IMG/VR virus record: IMGVR_UViG_3300045988_058602
Location: 90,765-154,764 of that record
Origin: a virus
Reading direction: 5' to 3' (one strand)
Length of the DNA: 64,000 bases
The notes under the pieces are model-generated. The model made no database searches and was not told the origin of the DNA. It saw nothing but the letters and a program-made list of their open reading frames with translations. Below are positions 10,262 to 20,076 of the stretch, piece after piece (positions within the stretch are counted from its first letter, which is position 1; every line of letters starts with the position of its first letter). Position numbers and translations under genes: made by a program.

Positions 10262-10696
10262 TTAATCCCACCAAGTTCTCATACGTTCAAACTTAAGTTT
10301 GTTGTACAAGTACCAGGCTTTTTCTCTTCTCAAAGAGTCTTGGAGAATAGGTTCGCTCCAATCGAGATCAGCAGCTTTAGGACGGAATCGTTTCCAATTC
10401 TTAATGTTTATGTGCCTATCTACAAATCCTTTAGACCTAGGTCTGAAATCACAGTGGTAGGCAGAATCTATCTCTAACACAATGTCCAAGAGTCCTAGTG
10501 CTAGTTTTAGATCCCTTTCAACAAATTCATTACCCTTAGCAATTCTAGATACTTTGAAGTATTCATACATTCTGATTAAGGCTTGCTTCTCTAGTGAGAG
10601 CACGAAACCATAATCAAACGGATAGAACTTCATAGCCTCTTTAATGAGCTTCTTGTTCTTACTCTTTCTTAGTTTCATATTCTTGACTTGCTTCAA
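10262..10696 (-). CDS. hypothetical protein (144 aa)
   Basis: Intact ORF. Confidence 0.45.
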   Translation of the reverse strand: MKQVKNMKLRKSKNKKLIKEAMKFYPFDYGFVLSLEKQALIRMYEYFKVSRIAKGNEFVERDLKLALGLLDIVLEIDSAYHCDFRPRSKGFVDRHINIKNWKRFRPKAADLDWSEPILQDSLRREKAWYLYNKLKFERMRTWWD

Positions 10697-11117
10697 CTGC
10701 TAATTTATCTGCGAGATTATTCATCTGAGAAAAGAAATCAGAATTGGAGGTATGTCCTTTTACCCAACAAAAGTTTATACTAGGACAGAATTTTTCTGCC
10801 TTTTCTAAAACCTTGTCATACAAATTCCATAGTTCCACATTCTTTTTCCTTTTCCATCCTTTAGTAGCACATCCTATAACGTACTGAGAATCTGAATAGA
10901 TAGTAAGAGATTTAAGTTGACTGCTTACTGCATTAAGGGCATATATTACTGCTAACAACTCACATTTGTTATTAGTAGTATTAGGAATCATTTTGCTAAA
11001 TTCATAGACTTTTTCTCCATCAATTACAAATACGACTCCTACCCCTCCAGTGTTTCTAGACGAACTAAAAGCTCCATCAGTGAAGACTTCTAGAACCTTA
11101 TTGGATTTCTCCATCAC
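10659..11117 (-). CDS. rnh: ribonuclease H
   Basis: RNase HI-like motifs VFTDGA...GVGVV, CELLAVIYAL, WVKGH. Confidence 0.7.
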   Translation of the reverse strand: MMEKSNKVLEVFTDGAFSSSRNTGGVGVVFVIDGEKVYEFSKMIPNTTNNKCELLAVIYALNAVSSQLKSLTIYSDSQYVIGCATKGWKRKKNVELWNLYDKVLEKAEKFCPSINFCWVKGHTSNSDFFSQMNNLADKLAVEASQEYETKKE

Positions 11118-11502
11118 GAGAATTTACTCTCATGTTAGTTCCTAGTAATATTGCAATCTTTATCAAATCATCATAATTATCACAAATTATATTTTCTAGA
11201 ATATAGTTCGCGTAATCCTTAATCTTAACTCTCTTACCTATAGCTCCGTATTTGTCATTTAACCATTTGATTTGAGGATTGAAATCCTCTAGCCCATCGG
11301 ATAGGTGTCTAAGAGCTTTCCTAATAGGAACTGGAAACCACATTTTCTCCCCTATCCAATCTAAATGACAATATCCAAAAGCAAAAGCTCTACTCAAATC
11401 TCTTTGAATAAACTCGTCTAACTCAAAGTTTCTCTCGTGTCTGCCCATTTCCTCAAAATCGTCTCTTAAGTCTAGGCAAAATACTTCGTTAAACTCAATC
11501 AT
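11098..11502 (-). CDS. hypothetical protein (134 aa)
   Basis: Intact ORF. Confidence 0.45.
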   Translation of the reverse strand: MIEFNEVFCLDLRDDFEEMGRHERNFELDEFIQRDLSRAFAFGYCHLDWIGEKMWFPVPIRKALRHLSDGLEDFNPQIKWLNDKYGAIGKRVKIKDYANYILENIICDNYDDLIKIAILLGTNMRVNSRDGEIQ

Positions 11503-11884
11503 CGCTCCAAGATCCTATAATGCAGTCTAACTCTAGTATACCGTATCTGTATATAGCCTTAAATGGTCCAGTAGCCATAAAAATCACAGGAGCTTTGCTA
11601 GTTTCCTTAACCTTCATAACACCCTTAAGTAACCTGCTAGCACAGTCTCTAAGTTCACTTATGTCAGGTATTTTATATATACTAGGTGCTACAAACATTT
11701 TCCAGGAGGACTTATCTATACAATTCCCCTCATCGTCATAGCTTCTTTTGCTCTTTTCCCAATTCATAAATTCGCGAACTCTGTCGAAATCAAAGTTCCT
11801 CATTATGTTCTCGTACTGAACATTTAGAGGAGGGGAATCACTGTAGTTGTTTGTTCTCTTCACTTTCATTTTTGTAACATTCAA
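11495..11884 (-). CDS. hypothetical protein (129 aa)
   Basis: Intact ORF. Confidence 0.45.
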   Translation of the reverse strand: MNVTKMKVKRTNNYSDSPPLNVQYENIMRNFDFDRVREFMNWEKSKRSYDDEGNCIDKSSWKMFVAPSIYKIPDISELRDCASRLLKGVMKVKETSKAPVIFMATGPFKAIYRYGILELDCIIGSWSDD

Positions 11885-12155
11885 TAAGACGTTGCAGATT
11901 TGAGAGTCTGTCAGGTTTTACACTGACAATTAACCCTCCCTTCCGCAAATTATAACTTAGTTTAATTCCGCAATGACTTAAGACATCTATGAAGTCTTTC
12001 AAAGCGTTTCCCTTTAAAACATTTCTGTAGACTAACTTCTGACCATCTTCATAACCTTTACGATAATATTCATTCGCAACATCAGAAATAAGCCATCGCT
12101 TAATAGGCGAAATCCTACTTAAGAGTTCATTGACTCTGGTTGCGATGAAATCCAT
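11838..12155 (-). CDS. hypothetical protein (105 aa)
   Basis: Intact ORF. Confidence 0.4.
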   Translation of the reverse strand: MDFIATRVNELLSRISPIKRWLISDVANEYYRKGYEDGQKLVYRNVLKGNALKDFIDVLSHCGIKLSYNLRKGGLIVSVKPDRLSNLQRLIECYKNESEENKQLQ

Positions 12156-12159
12156 ATTA

Positions 12160-12330
12160 CTGATTGATTACGAGGCTATCAACGCCTACAGTATCTACAG
12201 TATCTACACTTAATGTGTCCACAACTTCCTCAATGACTACAATAGAGTCATTCTCTGAGGTCTTAGTGTTTCCTGCACAAGCAGACATCAATGCAATCAT
12301 TCCGAAAAGCAATAGTACTTTCTTCATTTC
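12160..12330 (-). CDS. small lipoprotein (about 56 aa)
   Basis: Reverse translation MKKVLLLFGMIALMSACAGN... has a lipobox; not in the ORF track because it is under 60 aa. Confidence 0.3.
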
Positions 12331-12808
12331 CATTAGTTTTTAAAATTAATAACTTATCTATCAAAAAAAAGAGTGGTTCCAATATCTGTGCTTCACCAGA
12401 TATTTTCCCCACTCCCAATACTCCGAAGAGCTTGTACCGTTATTAGGTTGGCCAACCTCCCTTTTCATCTTGTTGAGAATTTGGGATAATAGTCACCAAG
12501 TTTAAAGATTACTTGTAACTGAAGCAAAGCTGAAATCCCGTTAAGGACTTCGTAACTCCTCCAACAACGTGGTTGGCGAGCTATTTTAGTAGGAAGCTAA
12601 CGCGCAGGCAAAGATAAAAGCAAAGTCTAAGACCTGACCGTACTAACAAAGACTAAGGCAAAGACTCTTATATATTATAAGAGTAATTTTTTTTTTTAAT
12701 TTTGCACAGTCAGCGAATGAGTTGTCAGAAATCCAGTGATTTCTAATAGCAATTATTTATATTCCTGTTAAGTATAAATTGTTAGCTTCCTACAGAAAAT
12801 CTTCTAAA

Positions 12809-13723
12809 TTACTTAGAAGAAGGATCGCCTTGTTTCTTAATCTCTTCGAAGATTCCTAGGAGATTCTTTGGCAAGGTAATTTTTAACTGTGAAATCCGCT
12901 CCTTTTCGGAGGTCTTCCAATTATTAAAGCGGCTTCTTAATTCTTGTATCTTAGAATTATATCTCTCATAATCAGCCTTAAATTCTGCAAGTCTTTCCTG
13001 ATATTCCTCTTCTCTAGTCATATCAATCTTATTCACAGTCTCTTTAAGTTCAGCTTTAAGAGCGTTTAATTCTTTCTCGTAGGAACGGTATATGTCTTGG
13101 AGAGACATAAACATATCATCTACCTTACTTACACTAATAGTAGGGTCTTGGTAATAGAGAATTAAATCTCTACCAGATCCTTCCTTATAGATAGGACAAT
13201 TCTCAGCGGCATGGACATCCTTTCTAGCCTTACTGAAAGCCCCTTTAGGATGGATATATTTACCATAAGTAGAAGCAAACGCTTCAAGTCTTAGATACTT
13301 GTTTCTCTTATTGGCATCCCATGAATCCATTACCTCTTTTTCATCCGCCTTAATAGGTGAATCTGGATATTGAGGTTGTTCTGGAATCTCAACATTGTTT
13401 TCTCTAGCCCATTTTTCGATAGAGCAAGCAGTAGTATAGGAAATCAATTCCTCCTTTTTCTTAATAGCCTCCCGCACCCAAGCACAGAAGCTATTCATTT
13501 CCGCTGACTTTTCTAAGTCGTCCTTAATAAAGTCTAGGGAAGTTTGACCTACTGTCATTAATTGCTTCTCCCCACCTCCTATAGAGGCTACAAACACTTG
13601 ATAGAACCTCACACTATTCAGACGCTCAGTAGCAGCCTGAATCATTTCCTGCGCAACATTAGCATAATAGTTAGCAGATGTAGAAGTCAATCCTTCGTTT
13701 CCAAAAAATACACTTTCTTTCAT
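12809..13723 (-). CDS. hypothetical coiled-coil protein (304 aa)
   Basis: Intact ORF. Confidence 0.5.
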   Translation of the reverse strand: MKESVFFGNEGLTSTSANYYANVAQEMIQAATERLNSVRFYQVFVASIGGGEKQLMTVGQTSLDFIKDDLEKSAEMNSFCAWVREAIKKKEELISYTTACSIEKWARENNVEIPEQPQYPDSPIKADEKEVMDSWDANKRNKYLRLEAFASTYGKYIHPKGAFSKARKDVHAAENCPIYKEGSGRDLILYYQDPTISVSKVDDMFMSLQDIYRSYEKELNALKAELKETVNKIDMTREEEYQERLAEFKADYERYNSKIQELRSRFNNWKTSEKERISQLKITLPKNLLGIFEEIKKQGDPSSK

Positions 13724-13926
13724 TTTGTTAACTTATCAATTACATTTACTATAGATTCTTCTCCAGCTATGAAACCAGCTCTATGAGCATTCATAATAAG
13801 TTTCTTCAAACTTTCTAGCTCCTCTTTTGACTTAAGAGTATTGCTAGTATAAATCTCTACTAGTTCTTTTATGTATCTTTCCATATCAAAACATTTTATA
13901 GTACCCGAAGTGGGACTCGAACCCAC
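13720..13926 (-). CDS. hypothetical protein (68 aa)
   Basis: Intact ORF; 5' end overlaps tRNA-Leu. Confidence 0.3.
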   Translation of the reverse strand: MGSSPTSGTIKCFDMERYIKELVEIYTSNTLKSKEELESLKKLIMNAHRAGFIAGEESIVNVIDKLTK

Positions 13927-13966
13927 ACGCCCTCAATGGGCATCAGAGCTTAAATCTGACGTGTCT
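13882..13966 (-). tRNA. tRNA-Leu(TAA), class II
   Basis: Manual fold: acceptor GCCCGGA, anticodon loop TTTAAGC, long variable arm, T-loop TTCGAGT. Confidence 0.7.
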
Positions 13967-14102
13967 ACCAATTCCACCATCCGGGCATATGGTAGCTATT
14001 CTCACGAACCGCTACCGAGAGATAATCCTAAAGTATCATTTTTCTAATCTTCTTACTAGATTAGTCTCCGAATTGTTAAATTCAAAGTTAAAAACTGTTA
14101 AC

Positions 14103-14414
14103 TTACTTAAACTGTAGACAGGTGTTAATAAACTTATCAACATCAGTTCCACAATCAATATAGTTAGGGGTAACTTTTTCAAAGTATCTTAGATTAGCTT
14201 CTGTGCCTATTAACCCAAGCTCTTCAAAATCGTAACCCTCTCCATGAATATCAAAGGGTAGTCCAGGACTGAATGTCAACCAGGCTACTCCTTCAAATTC
14301 GCAACAAATACAAACTGTCAACCCACTTTCTCTTAGTCTGTCTAAGATTTGTGGACTGACAGTCTTTAATACTACACACTCACCCGAGTTCGGCGAGTCT
14401 CCGTTTGATTTCAT
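14103..14414 (-). CDS. hypothetical protein (103 aa)
   Basis: Intact ORF. Confidence 0.4.
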   Translation of the reverse strand: MKSNGDSPNSGECVVLKTVSPQILDRLRESGLTVCICCEFEGVAWLTFSPGLPFDIHGEGYDFEELGLIGTEANLRYFEKVTPNYIDCGTDVDKFINTCLQFK

Positions 14415-14754
14415 CTTCGGACAAGCTTTCTAACTTCTCAGATTGTTTCTTAGCTAACAGTTCCGTCAGGCGAGCCTTTTCAGCAGCCTTATTCTTAGCT
14501 GTCTCTCTATCAGCCTTCTCTTTTAGCTTATCCGTTATAATCTCCTTCACAATATTGAACTTCAATTCAAGTTCGGTATTGCTGGGAGTATCATTAGTTA
14601 TGAAAGACTTTCTTGGACTTTTAGCTAGTTCCTCATCGTAAGAAACGGCTAATTTATCCAATACTGGCAGGCTCAAGTCCCACAAATCTTCTACACTCAG
14701 ATTACCTTTACTAGTTGCGAAACGCAACTTCATTTTTGACGCTTGTTTAAACAT
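14380..14754 (-). CDS. hypothetical protein (124 aa)
   Basis: Intact ORF, Lys/Glu-rich. Confidence 0.45.
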   Translation of the reverse strand: MFKQASKMKLRFATSKGNLSVEDLWDLSLPVLDKLAVSYDEELAKSPRKSFITNDTPSNTELELKFNIVKEIITDKLKEKADRETAKNKAAEKARLTELLAKKQSEKLESLSEDEIKRRLAELG

Positions 14755-14756
14755 AA

Positions 14757-16772
14757 TTAGAAAATGATTTTAAATGATTTATTATCAACTTTTACAACAA
14801 CATCATTGTGTGATGTGCTAGAAAATCCCAATCCACTCAACTGGTCATCACTGTACTCAGCTTTTGCTCTAGAACCAAGAGCTTCAAACACTCTTCTATG
14901 CTCCTTTTCAAGGTCAGCTCTCAGATATTCATTAAAGAAACCTCTAACAGGGTCTGGATTCTTGCATCCATCTATCATAAAGAACAGATGCTTGTTTCCT
15001 ATAGCGTTGCCTTCCCAATGATTAGGAGAGAACATAATACAAGAAACCTTCTGGAATTTCATTGTATCAATTCCCCACTCGTTAGTAGATTTGAACGATG
15101 TAGAACCCTCTTTAATAGTAGGAGTCATGGAAATGTTTCTTTGTCCATCAACATGGATACGAGCAACTTCAATGTATTCCTTGCTCAGAACTACTTTTCC
15201 ATACTGGAATTTGTGAAGTTCTCCATTAATCTCGATTTCCATTTCGAAACCAAAATCAATACTTTCCCTCTTATAGAAGTTATGCACTCTTACCACATAA
15301 TCTCCCGGTCTTAGTCTGCTAGGGTCTGTCCATATGATGTTCTCAACAGCATCTCTAGTTTTTCCGGAACCTGCATTCATGTCAACATCAAGAGTTCCTC
15401 CAGTATAACCAGTTTTGCTTCCATAATAGATTTCTCTTCCACCAGGTTCGGTTACATGAAGGTCAAGGTCATCATAGTTAAACCAGTGAAGAGAGCATCT
15501 CATGAAACCGTCTACATTTCCACCAGCAGCCTTTACCTTCTCCTTGAAGGAATCGGCTACAGAACCATTATAAACCCAAGCAAAGTTGTTATTCCACTTA
15601 AACAACTGTCCAGCATCCGGATTTTCAGGAGCAGTCAGAGTAACAAAGTTGGGAATATGTCTGTTCTCTACCAAGATAGAAACCTCCTTAGCTCCTGGAA
15701 GTACATTCTTGACAAAGGCATCAGCAGAAACTTCTTGGGCTTTGGTAAACTCTTTTGGATTTACTGTAGAAGTCTCAGAGAGCATATCAAACATTCCTCC
15801 CTTCATCTTTGCTCTAGTATCTCTATTTACGAATAGAACATCATTCACAGAAATATCTTCCACATGAGCATGACGACGAGGAAGTGCATCAGTAAGACCT
15901 AGCTCTTCTACCTTCTTCTGAGCGGCTTCAATTTGTTTCTTAGTAATAAGAGCAGTAGGTCTCTTATAGTTAGCAGGAGCCATGATGTTTTCATACGCTC
16001 TTACGGCTTTCTCCAGATCTACACCATTGCTTAGATCAATAAGTAAAGTTCCCATAGCCGTATTTCTAATCTTAGCTATAGGAGACTTAAAGTTTAACCA
16101 GCAATAGTTAGTTCTTACTTCTGGACTCAGAGTTTGAGCAGTAACTAGTGTTCTTCTAAATTCCTCCAAACTCTTCAAGAACTCTGCACCTCTATAGAGA
16201 TTATTTCCTTCTATAAGCTCAATAACAGTTTCAACTGCCTCCAGCTTAAGCTCGCTGATAGAGCGTTCAAATACCCCAGCTCTTGCTCTGACATCTCCCC
16301 TGTAACCGGCAGCAGAGTCAAAACCATGAACTCGCCTGTTGAACTTGAAGTTATTCGGAATAGTTACGTACAGATGTGTCCAAGTTCTAGTTGTTCCATC
16401 AGGGAGTAGTTGAACATTATGGTCACAACCATGAAATTCGTTCACATCTTGAATGAAGACATCTCCTATTCCAGCTTCCTTAACTAATTTAGCTAGAGCC
16501 TGTGCTGTTTTCTCGTATCCAGGAGTGTGCACATCATCCCAGAATGTTTTAGTCTTATATGTTTGAGGGTCAATCGCTACAACTTTACCATAATGCCGGA
16601 TAAAAGATTTACAGGCATTGCAGTTATGGTCTTGTCTAACGGTTTCATCTTCAAACGACAGAAGATAGCCCATCCAAAGGAGGTCTTTATCAACATTAGC
16701 AACAAACAGGTTTTCTGCAATCATATTATTGAAAGCAGCTTCTACATCTTTCTTAAAATTCTTAAATTCCAT
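14757..16772 (-). CDS. large uncharacterized protein (671 aa)
   Basis: Longest early ORF; no family recognised by eye. Confidence 0.6.
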   Translation of the reverse strand: MEFKNFKKDVEAAFNNMIAENLFVANVDKDLLWMGYLLSFEDETVRQDHNCNACKSFIRHYGKVVAIDPQTYKTKTFWDDVHTPGYEKTAQALAKLVKEAGIGDVFIQDVNEFHGCDHNVQLLPDGTTRTWTHLYVTIPNNFKFNRRVHGFDSAAGYRGDVRARAGVFERSISELKLEAVETVIELIEGNNLYRGAEFLKSLEEFRRTLVTAQTLSPEVRTNYCWLNFKSPIAKIRNTAMGTLLIDLSNGVDLEKAVRAYENIMAPANYKRPTALITKKQIEAAQKKVEELGLTDALPRRHAHVEDISVNDVLFVNRDTRAKMKGGMFDMLSETSTVNPKEFTKAQEVSADAFVKNVLPGAKEVSILVENRHIPNFVTLTAPENPDAGQLFKWNNNFAWVYNGSVADSFKEKVKAAGGNVDGFMRCSLHWFNYDDLDLHVTEPGGREIYYGSKTGYTGGTLDVDMNAGSGKTRDAVENIIWTDPSRLRPGDYVVRVHNFYKRESIDFGFEMEIEINGELHKFQYGKVVLSKEYIEVARIHVDGQRNISMTPTIKEGSTSFKSTNEWGIDTMKFQKVSCIMFSPNHWEGNAIGNKHLFFMIDGCKNPDPVRGFFNEYLRADLEKEHRRVFEALGSRAKAEYSDDQLSGLGFSSTSHNDVVVKVDNKSFKIIF

Positions 16773-16782
16773 TTTAAATCTA

Positions 16783-17004
16783 TTAAGTGTTCAACTTTTT
16801 GTTCATTTCTCCTTCTAAATTCCTAAGAGTTTCTATACTCTCCTCATAGAACTTATCCTTACCTAATTCACAGACTTTGTAATTAGATAATATTTGCTGG
16901 AATCGCAAATGTGGACTACATTCTATGATTTGAGCTAGTCTAGTTAAAATCTTAAAGTTAGCTTGTTTTCTAAGCTCAATAGCCTTTTCAATCTGGGCTT
17001 CCAT
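16783..17004 (-). CDS. hypothetical protein (73 aa)
   Basis: Intact ORF. Confidence 0.35.
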   Translation of the reverse strand: MEAQIEKAIELRKQANFKILTRLAQIIECSPHLRFQQILSNYKVCELGKDKFYEESIETLRNLEGEMNKKLNT

Positions 17005-17485
17005 ACTTGTTGATAATATCTAACTCTAATTCTTTAACCTTACTCTCATATAGAGAATCTTCGGCATATCCAATCCTATCTAGGAATCTATAATAGTCCT
17101 CTTCTGGATCGTACCTACTTAGAATAAATTGCTTATAAGCAAATACACAGCTTATCCAACTATCAAACTTGAAATAGGACATCGTTCTTGAATTATACAG
17201 TCCGAACAAATTATTGTTGTCCTTACAAAGTTTAGACTTGAAGTTACCAGATTCTAGAATAGCCTGAGCTGTTATGATAGCAGGACTTGGGAAATCATAG
17301 TGTTTAAGAGTATTATACAATACTTCCTCATTCACCTCCTCCATCAAATAGAATGGATGTTCCGGCATCAGCATAATTTTCTCCTCTGGAAACCTCGCAG
17401 AATATATCCAGTGGTGCAAGGAATAACCAGTTGCAAATCCGAATACAATACTAATCATTAAAATAATTAAAACTCTCTTTTTCAT
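16988..17485 (-). CDS. peptidoglycan hydrolase, N-acetylglucosaminidase-like, membrane-anchored
   Basis: N-terminal TM segment, then AQAILESGNF...NNLFGL, which resembles the glucosaminidase (LytD/FlgJ) signature. Confidence 0.55.
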   Translation of the reverse strand: MKKRVLIILMISIVFGFATGYSLHHWIYSARFPEEKIMLMPEHPFYLMEEVNEEVLYNTLKHYDFPSPAIITAQAILESGNFKSKLCKDNNNLFGLYNSRTMSYFKFDSWISCVFAYKQFILSRYDPEEDYYRFLDRIGYAEDSLYESKVKELELDIINKYGSPD

Positions 17486-17784
17486 ATCTCAATAGAATTA
17501 ATAAATCTTGCATCATTACATAGTTGATAAACAACTTTATCAAGTTCTGGGACATAGACTATATAATAGTAATCAAAGAATTGGTTATTATCTTCGAACC
17601 CTATAATTATCCCTTTATGTCCACTATCTACCACACAGTCTCTAAATAAATATTTTGAAATATCTTGGCGGATTCCGTCATGATTTATTACAGCCTGCAA
17701 TGCAGAAAGTCCGTAGTAAGATGTATTTACACCCCTTATCTCATGTCCAAGCAAATCTTTATCAAAAGGAGAACTTACTATCAT
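17482..17784 (-). CDS. hypothetical protein (100 aa)
   Basis: Intact ORF. Confidence 0.4.
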   Translation of the reverse strand: MIVSSPFDKDLLGHEIRGVNTSYYGLSALQAVINHDGIRQDISKYLFRDCVVDSGHKGIIIGFEDNNQFFDYYYIVYVPELDKVVYQLCNDARFINSIEI

Positions 17785-18104
17785 AACAATACTTTAGTTA
17801 GGTCCTCTACAGTTAGATTAGCTATCTTCGATAATTCACAGATTTGGTTTGAGAAATCTAGCCTTGTTTTAAGTTCTAAATCCCTCCATTGCCGTACCTC
17901 CTCTCGACTCTTTCTAAGTTCTTCTTGTAAGTAGGATATAGCCGCCCTTGCTGACTTTAATTGCTCTGTAGAACAAACGACAAAGTGCTTAGCTCCCTTC
18001 TTATTTGTAGAAGGAAGAGCGGCCTCAGCCTCTTCAATACTATCGAACTGTCCTAAGATAAAAGGAATATTATTACATTCCTTAATTAAATAGTACTTAC
18101 TCAT
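17781..18104 (-). CDS. hypothetical protein (107 aa)
   Basis: Intact ORF. Confidence 0.4.
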   Translation of the reverse strand: MSKYYLIKECNNIPFILGQFDSIEEAEAALPSTNKKGAKHFVVCSTEQLKSARAAISYLQEELRKSREEVRQWRDLELKTRLDFSNQICELSKIANLTVEDLTKVLL

Positions 18105-18321
18105 CTTTAATTCCTAGATAATCCTTTAATAATTGAATGTTTCCTTCTCTCAAATGCCGAATAAAAGCCTCCCTTTCTCTCTCAAATAGCAGAATTTTAC
18201 TCTCTAACAGGTCTATTCGTCTTTGTTGATTTTCCTCGTATTCTTCAATAGCGTCAGAAATTGCTTTAAGTATAGAAGATTCCTTCATAGCGCTACTCAT
18301 TGTAGAACTCTTCGTCCCCAT
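18097..18321 (-). CDS. hypothetical protein (74 aa)
   Basis: Intact ORF. Confidence 0.35.
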   Translation of the reverse strand: MGTKSSTMSSAMKESSILKAISDAIEEYEENQQRRIDLLESKILLFEREREAFIRHLREGNIQLLKDYLGIKDE

Positions 18322-18718
18322 TATCGTCGCCTATAGGATTCTCCCATCCGTACTTTACAGCAGTAGCCTTAAACAAAGGCAACCCATACATAGCATAATT
18401 CTCTTCAGGATAATTCTCTAAGCCCTCTTCTAGAACTTGATTCCATCTTAGTACCACGTAGAACATTAGGCTAGCTGAAATGCCTCTCTGGTCTAGAGCC
18501 TTCTCAAAACCAAACTCTACGTCAGACTTAAGTTGCTCTAGGATATTCCCTCTAGTCCATTCCTTAGGCTCTGGATAAGGCTCATCACCATCGTACTTGA
18601 AGCCTATTTTTTCTAACTGCTCTTCTGTTAAAAACTTTGCTAATCTAGAACCGAAACGGTCATCGAGAACTACGGCATAGTCTTTGTAATTGTCTAAAAT
18701 CTCATTTAACGTTTTCAT
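18293..18718 (-). CDS. hypothetical protein (141 aa)
   Basis: Intact ORF. Confidence 0.45.
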   Translation of the reverse strand: MKTLNEILDNYKDYAVVLDDRFGSRLAKFLTEEQLEKIGFKYDGDEPYPEPKEWTRGNILEQLKSDVEFGFEKALDQRGISASLMFYVVLRWNQVLEEGLENYPEENYAMYGLPLFKATAVKYGWENPIGDDNGDEEFYNE

Positions 18719-18721
18719 TTT

Positions 18722-19042
18722 TTACATATCTTTTAGGTAAATATTTTGAGGATATTCCCCGAATACTGATAGAGTTACAGCACAAATCCATACCCTGTCA
18801 TTGTAATTCTTACTTTTGCATAAGTAAGTTGCTCCACATTCATCCTCCTCAATTTTAGACAACGTTATCTTAGCTGCAGCTGGGTCAATCATCTGCAATC
18901 TAACAAACTTATTATCTAGAGAATCAAGAAGTTCATCTGCACCACCAACCATTGCTAGTTCCTCTGGTGTTCCGTCGTAATCTGGCCACCAATAGAACCA
19001 GACTCCTCCAACCTTTACAAACTCAAATGTTTTTCTCATCAA
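18722..19042 (-). CDS. hypothetical protein (106 aa)
   Basis: Intact ORF. Confidence 0.4.
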   Translation of the reverse strand: MMRKTFEFVKVGGVWFYWWPDYDGTPEELAMVGGADELLDSLDNKFVRLQMIDPAAAKITLSKIEEDECGATYLCKSKNYNDRVWICAVTLSVFGEYPQNIYLKDM

Positions 19043-19100
19043 TTATTAATTATATTAAACAAAAAATACCCCAACAACTTCCGCTGCTGGGGTACATAGT

Positions 19101-19170
19101 AACGCCAACGGGATTCGAACCCGTATGGCAGGCGTGAAAAGCCTGAATCCTAACCATTAGATGATGGCGC
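19101..19170 (-). tRNA. tRNA-Glu(TTC)
   Basis: Manual fold: anticodon stem CAGGC/GCCTG, loop TTTTCAC, T-loop TTCGAAT. Confidence 0.65.
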
Positions 19171-19174
19171 TATC

Positions 19175-19849
19175 CTACTGCACAATCAAGCTATAAGCTT
19201 CTTGCAACAGTTTAATAGTTGGAACCATACGGTTATCAACAACTATTATTTTATAAATGTTCAGAATTTCTTTGTAGGTTAAAGATGTACAAGTTAGAAA
19301 TATCTGCACATCTTCGTTTACAGAACCATTTGACAATCCCAAATCTACTTTAATCATACTGGGTAATGTTCCAATCTGAGAAATGTCCCAAGTAGATTTA
19401 GTTCTCCTGAAAACTTCCCGCTGTTTGGAAGTAAGTTGCTTTTCTTTCAATCTAGACTCAATAATAGTACCATCAAACGTTAACGAACCTCCATCGGTAT
19501 TACTATTATTTAATGCTAGCTGAATCTTCTGAACTGCAGAGTCTTTAGGTTTTGGCTTAAGTTGCACTCCTTCCTTCAAGCCCTTAATAATCTGCAATGA
19601 AGGAATAAAGTCTTTTATTTGAGTTGCATTCCACACAAGAAATTTTCCAGGACTATCTTTAACAGTAACTATATACTTAGTCCCTCCGTTCAATGGAATA
19701 ATCACTTGTAAGTCTGCATCACTCATTTTACTTAAATGGTCTGATACTCTAACTTTGACGTTTCCAATGACAAAGTAGCGAGAAACAGTTGTTTCCGCTT
19801 CGATAATCTCAGTAGCAGTTGCTACTAAATACTTTTCCAATCTAGTCAT
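19175..19849 (-). CDS. hypothetical protein (224 aa)
   Basis: Intact ORF. Confidence 0.5.
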   Translation of the reverse strand: MTRLEKYLVATATEIIEAETTVSRYFVIGNVKVRVSDHLSKMSDADLQVIIPLNGGTKYIVTVKDSPGKFLVWNATQIKDFIPSLQIIKGLKEGVQLKPKPKDSAVQKIQLALNNSNTDGGSLTFDGTIIESRLKEKQLTSKQREVFRRTKSTWDISQIGTLPSMIKVDLGLSNGSVNEDVQIFLTCTSLTYKEILNIYKIIVVDNRMVPTIKLLQEAYSLIVQ

Positions 19850-19876
19850 AAAAATTAATCTAATTTAATGGTTAAG

Positions 19877-19949
19877 ATCCCCCACTCGGATTCGAACCGA
19901 GGTCTCGAGATTACAAATCACGTGTTCTAACCAACTAAACTACAGGGGA
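19877..19949 (-). tRNA. tRNA-Thr(TGT)
   Basis: Manual fold: acceptor TCCCCTG/TGGGGGA, anticodon loop TTTGTAA, one U-U mismatch in the anticodon stem. Confidence 0.55.
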
Positions 19950-19995
19950 ATAAATGCCGAGACTGGGGGATTCGAACCCCAACCTTCACAGTGCC
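19950..19995 (-). pseudogene. tRNA 3'-half remnant (T-arm plus 3' acceptor strand only)
   Basis: GGGGTTCGAATCCCCC T-arm followed by AGTCTCGG, with no matching 5' half; lies between tRNA-Asp and tRNA-Thr. Confidence 0.35.
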
Positions 19996-20067
19996 GAGAG
20001 TACCAGACTCGAACTGGTGACCTTCGCATAGACAGTGCACTATTCTACCACTGAACTAACCCTCAGT
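19996..20067 (-). tRNA. tRNA-Asp(GTC)
   Basis: D-arm TAGTTCAGTGGTAGAATA and anticodon loop CTGTCTA fit the bacterial tRNA-Asp pattern; discriminator G73. Confidence 0.6.
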
Positions 20068-20076
20068 GTAACTGGA

